A stretch of DNA of 35,686 nt. It comes from Proteromonas lacertae (Eukaryota). Position 1 is the first letter of the stretch. The number at the start of each line of letters is the position of its first letter. Under the pieces are notes generated by a model that worked only from the letters and a program-made list of their open reading frames with translations, made no database searches and was not told where the DNA came from. Position numbers and translations under genes: made by a program. Positions 32,013 through 35,686 of this stretch are shown one piece after another. Location: contig NGBS01000925.1 of assembly GCA_002245135.1 (NCBI GenBank), positions 1-35,686 on the forward strand. Reading direction: 5' to 3'.

Positions 32013-34814
32013 TTAAAAGACCTTAACATCGTTAAGAGATATTACCTTGCTATCAAGTGTTTGTTGAAGGAACACTTGAGTTGAATAACCTTCACAATCA
32101 CTGCTTCGTATGCATAGGTCGTACTTACCAGTGTCCTTCAAGTAAAAGGAAGTGCTTATTCTCTCGAGATTGGAGCTAGTATAGCTATACAGGGACAAGG
32201 GAAATTCAACATCATTGGATCCACCATCATAGGAAGGATAAGCTTCAAGAAGTGCCTGGTAGTAACGATGGAGCATCTCTGGGTTATTGCTAGATTGAAT
32301 GAGATGGTCATTGTCTAGGCTAAGTTCAATGGACCTTACATCGGAGTATCCACATCTATTGAACTGCTCCATAGAGCACATCTTGATACGAAGGAAACGT
32401 TTAAAGAAAGTCACCTTGATAGGAACATGACCGACAACCACCTTGAGTGAATCACCACTAAAGCTACTGTAAGGGTAGGGTATGTTCAAGATAACATCCC
32501 AGGTTGTGTACTCAACATGAAGGATGGGATTGCCAGAGTTATCATCTTGAGTAAGTATTCTATGGATCTCATTAATCTTCGTAAGCTGGTTGGGGGAGGT
32601 AAAGTCATTGATCTGTGATAAGTGTAAGTCCTTCAAATGATGGACATCGTTAATGTTACTTTCAAGGCCTGGGAACTTCTCTTGAATGGTATTGATCCAA
32701 TTGTAAGTCTTTGTGGTATAGGCAAAGAGATCATTGAACCAGAAGAAGACGGAGAACTTATTCTCGGCATCGCCTTCCACCAGTCTCTTGACTTTACCTT
32801 GAATGCTAAGCTAGTACTGATAGAAGTAAGATCGGAAGAGAATTCATTGGAGTTGTTACCATTACTACTACCGCCTAAAGATGATAGAGTTGCCTTGATA
32901 GACTCTAAGGAAGTATTTACTTTGAACAGCTCCTGGAAAACTAATTGTTGTTGTCCTTGAACTAGTGGCTCACCAAGATGAGATAAGAGTAGTGACTGGT
33001 TCTCAAAGAGTGTAGTGTTGACCTTAGGCTTTGGAGATCTAAAAAAGTAAGTTCTTGAAGATCAGTGTTGTAATTGCTACTACTGCTGGAGCTGCTTCCT
33101 AGAAGATCAGTGATTGAAGAGAGATCTACAATGGATGGAATGGAGCATCCTCCTGAGGAACCTTCAGAGGATCCTTCAGAGGAACCTCCCGAAGATGCAT
33201 TACCATTGCCAGTAGCTATCCACTTACCGATCATCTTTACATCCTCGTAGATGTCCATCAAGTAGGTGAACATGCTTAGCTGTTCCTTGTACTTCTCGGG
33301 ACATGTTCCTATAACTCCATTCAAGGCAACGTGGGCTGTCATCAGATTAATAATGTGGCTGCTATCGATAGCTTCCTGGGACTTCAGCTCAATCTCCTTC
33401 TTAGCATTCTCGGTCGGTACATTGGGGATGAGGTAGTTAGTGATCAGGTCAGCTTTATCATTGAGAGTAGGAGAGAACGCTACAGGTCGCGCAGTGCTAG
33501 AGTCTAGGTGATTGATTCTAATCCATTGGAAGAGTTGCTTCTGGTTGATATTCAGGACCTGGGTAAGATCCTTTACTGAGATGACTTCATCGTAGAGAGT
33601 ATTGGTACTGTTTTTATCGTCAGGGTTGATATTGATCCCTTGCTTCTCAAATTCTTTAACGATGGCCTGGAAGTAGCTATTGAGACTTTGAAGATCTCCA
33701 TTGAGTTGAACTAAAGCAGCGTTGATATTGTTCTGACTGTAAGTGGTAAGTGAATTCACTTGAGATTGAAGACCGATAGTGAGCTGGTAAAGCTTATCGA
33801 TGTATTCAAAGAGATTGTTAGCTACTGGTACTGACGGAGTTGAAGAAGAAGGAGAGTCATCATCGGGAGTGTTGATACTATTTGGGATCAAGGAGGAGCT
33901 TAGTTTTTCAAGGAGATCGTAAATGGAGGAAGGTCTATTGAGATCAGTAACTTCCATGGAGGATGGATTATATCGGTACTTACCAAGGAAGTCCATTGCA
34001 GAGTAGTGATTCTCGGTCATAGCAATCATCGTCTTAGTAAGGGTATCCTCATTATTCTCAAGGACTGCACTTACCTCTCCGATGATACCGATGACTTCAT
34101 TGACTTTGTTGAGGAGTTGTTGGATATTTACTTTCACATCAGGAGTTGGATTATCAGAGCTGTCAGTCTCGGAGTTGTCACTCCCTGAGCTGACAACTCC
34201 GAGACTCTTACAGATTGAGTTGAGATCATCTGTGATCTGTTGAATGCTAGGAGAGTAGTCTTGGTGCTTATCAAGTAGTTGCTTCACGTTCTCACTCATC
34301 GGCTTTATCAGATCATCCATGGCCGACGCGGTAGCTGATGTCTCCTCCAACACCTTGTTGTTATAGGAGGTCTCTTGTTTAGTGGTATTGGTAAAGGACT
34401 CAATAGTCTTCTCCAGCTCCTTGATAGTGTTGTTGATCACGATCGTGTTGGAATTGCTATCACTGTTGGTATTATGAAGTTGTCTTTCAAGGTCTTGGAT
34501 CTTCTCAAGGAGCTCTTCATGCTGCTCATCGTTCAAGGACACAGGAATGCTTTGTAAAGCTAACTTTATCCTGCTAGAGATCTCCTCATAGTTGGTATTG
34601 CAAATGAAGGAAGAGTTGCTTAACATCCTTTGGAACGTATCGTTGATCACTCGATATCGACATTAACAAAGAGTTGCCTTTGAAGGACATCTCGTAGCTC
34701 CACAAGAGTGTGGTTGATGTGATCGAATTGATGATTCATCAGCTCCTTGACAGTTGTGGTCGGTTCAAAGAAGGAGGAGCTGCAGTTCTCATGAAGAGTG
34801 TTGTCTTGATCCAT
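32013..34814 (-). pseudogene. ~934-aa coiled-coil (fibre/spike-like) protein with C-terminal globular domain, broken by three single-base frameshifts
   Basis: ATG 34814 (MDQDNTLHEN...VNVDIE) joins the 562-aa ORF at about 34650. It then continues via the T6 run at 33041-33046 (KVNTTLFENQSLLL...) and joins the 255-aa ORF at about 32810. Confidence 0.6.
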
Positions 34815-34864
34815 CGATAAATGATACTAGGAAAAGTGCTTATAAGATCATCCCGAAGGAAGAA

Positions 34865-35118
34865 GACCCCGTTGAGAAGTAGACCCTGTTGGGAGGAATC
34901 CCGTAGGAACCTTACGTAAATGGGACTATGGTACAAGTGTCAGAGTTCTAACGAGTGTTCTAGGAGTCCGTCCCCTTCTAGATTCAGAGTTGACCTTTAC
35001 GGGAGCTTCATCGATTGCATCGATGAAGGCCCCGTAAAAGTCAACTCTGAATCTAGAAAGGGACGGACCCCTAGAAAACTCGTTAGGACTCTGTGACAAT
35101 GTCCCAGGGTCCCATTTA
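34865..35118 (-). repeat. Right terminal inverted repeat with 200-nt imperfect palindrome (34917-35118)
   Basis: Apex CTTCATCGAT-TGC-ATCGATGAAG centred on 35017; ~100-nt arms with scattered mismatches. Confidence 0.95.
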
Positions 35119-35600
35119 TATACTATATATATGATAATCAGCTTCAGCATATTCAAGTGAAGATTCAACATATTTCATTGATTTTTCAATCTCATCCTAT
35201 TTTAATAACAAATTACATATGTTTATATATTGTAATAATAACATGCGCTAATATTGTAATAACATTGATATTTTTCTGTTTTTGTTGATGCGTTTTCTAT
35301 AGCATATTTTAAATATTCTAATGCTTTTTTAAAGTCATCCTATTCATTAAATAGTAATATACTTAATACAATTTCTATAGTAACAATTACTTTTTTGAGC
35401 ATCTCCACCAGAAATTTCTATAGCTTTTTCGTAATACTCTATTGTCTTTTCATAGTTTTCTATAGTGTAACTACCTAATTTATACTATGTTGGAATAACA
35501 TAATGTAGTATAAAGTTTCATTTGTTAATGATATTTGTGTTACTATGTTGGAACTACCTAATGCACATTTATAATATTCCATTGTTTTATTTTTTTTTTT
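35119..35600 (-). pseudogene. Host TPR-repeat gene remnant running into the element end
   Basis: Translated pieces NYEKTIEYYEKAIEI, DDFKKALEYLKYAIE and DEIEKSMKYVESSLEY, separated by short intron-like segments. Confidence 0.6.
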
Positions 35601-35686
35601 GACCACTTGATCATTGTGTTACATTTGAAATAGCATGTGTTAATATATTATACAAGTTTCAAAAGTGAATAATAACACAGAAATTG

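Larger units (their letters stand above)
25722..35118. mobile_element. Endogenous virus-like element (Polinton-like virus/adenovirus-related structural module) with TIRs and hairpin terminus
   Basis: Abrupt GC increase, intronless compact ORFs, ~150-170 bp terminal inverted repeats, and capsid-, pVI- and protease-like ORFs. Confidence 0.8.

Noticed and set aside
2947..34557. Opposite-strand short ORFs (2947, 4826, 5297, 22949, 26707, 27159, 28066, 29647, 31021, 31378, 32637, 34006, 34375) and the 5994 ORF
   Set aside because: Shadows of better-supported genes, or lying inside a repeat.
25722..35118. Calling the element a canonical Polinton/Maverick or a DNA transposon
   Set aside because: No pPolB, rve integrase, ATPase, transposase or 6-bp TSD is visible.

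Overview
This is a chromosome end of a very AT-rich unicellular eukaryote with 22-31 nt GT-AG introns (Blastocystis/Proteromonas-like by inference, not proven). A (CCCTAA)n telomere (1-568) is followed by a dense subtelomeric cluster of about 17 surface-glycan genes. These are four GT31, GT77, GT2 and GT2-like, GT15, GT10, a NodZ/GT23-like fucosyltransferase, LicD, a SAM methyltransferase, a DUF229-like gene, two bacterial-type acyltransferase-3/SGNH genes and two unassigned GT-A-like genes. Hydin-like relics and a small hairpin repeat family interrupt the cluster. At 25722-35118 the composition becomes sharply GC-richer. This is a 9.4 kb virus-like element with terminal inverted repeats, and its right end is a 200-nt imperfect fold-back hairpin. 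It encodes a split double-jelly-roll-like major capsid protein, an unannotated adenovirus-pVI-like GG-cleaved core protein, a 1000-aa protein with a degenerate adenain/Ulp1-like domain, a coiled-coil fibre-like protein and two orphans. It has no recognisable polymerase, integrase or packaging ATPase, and it is the best candidate for an undescribed system. All family calls come from motif recognition by eye; no searches were run.
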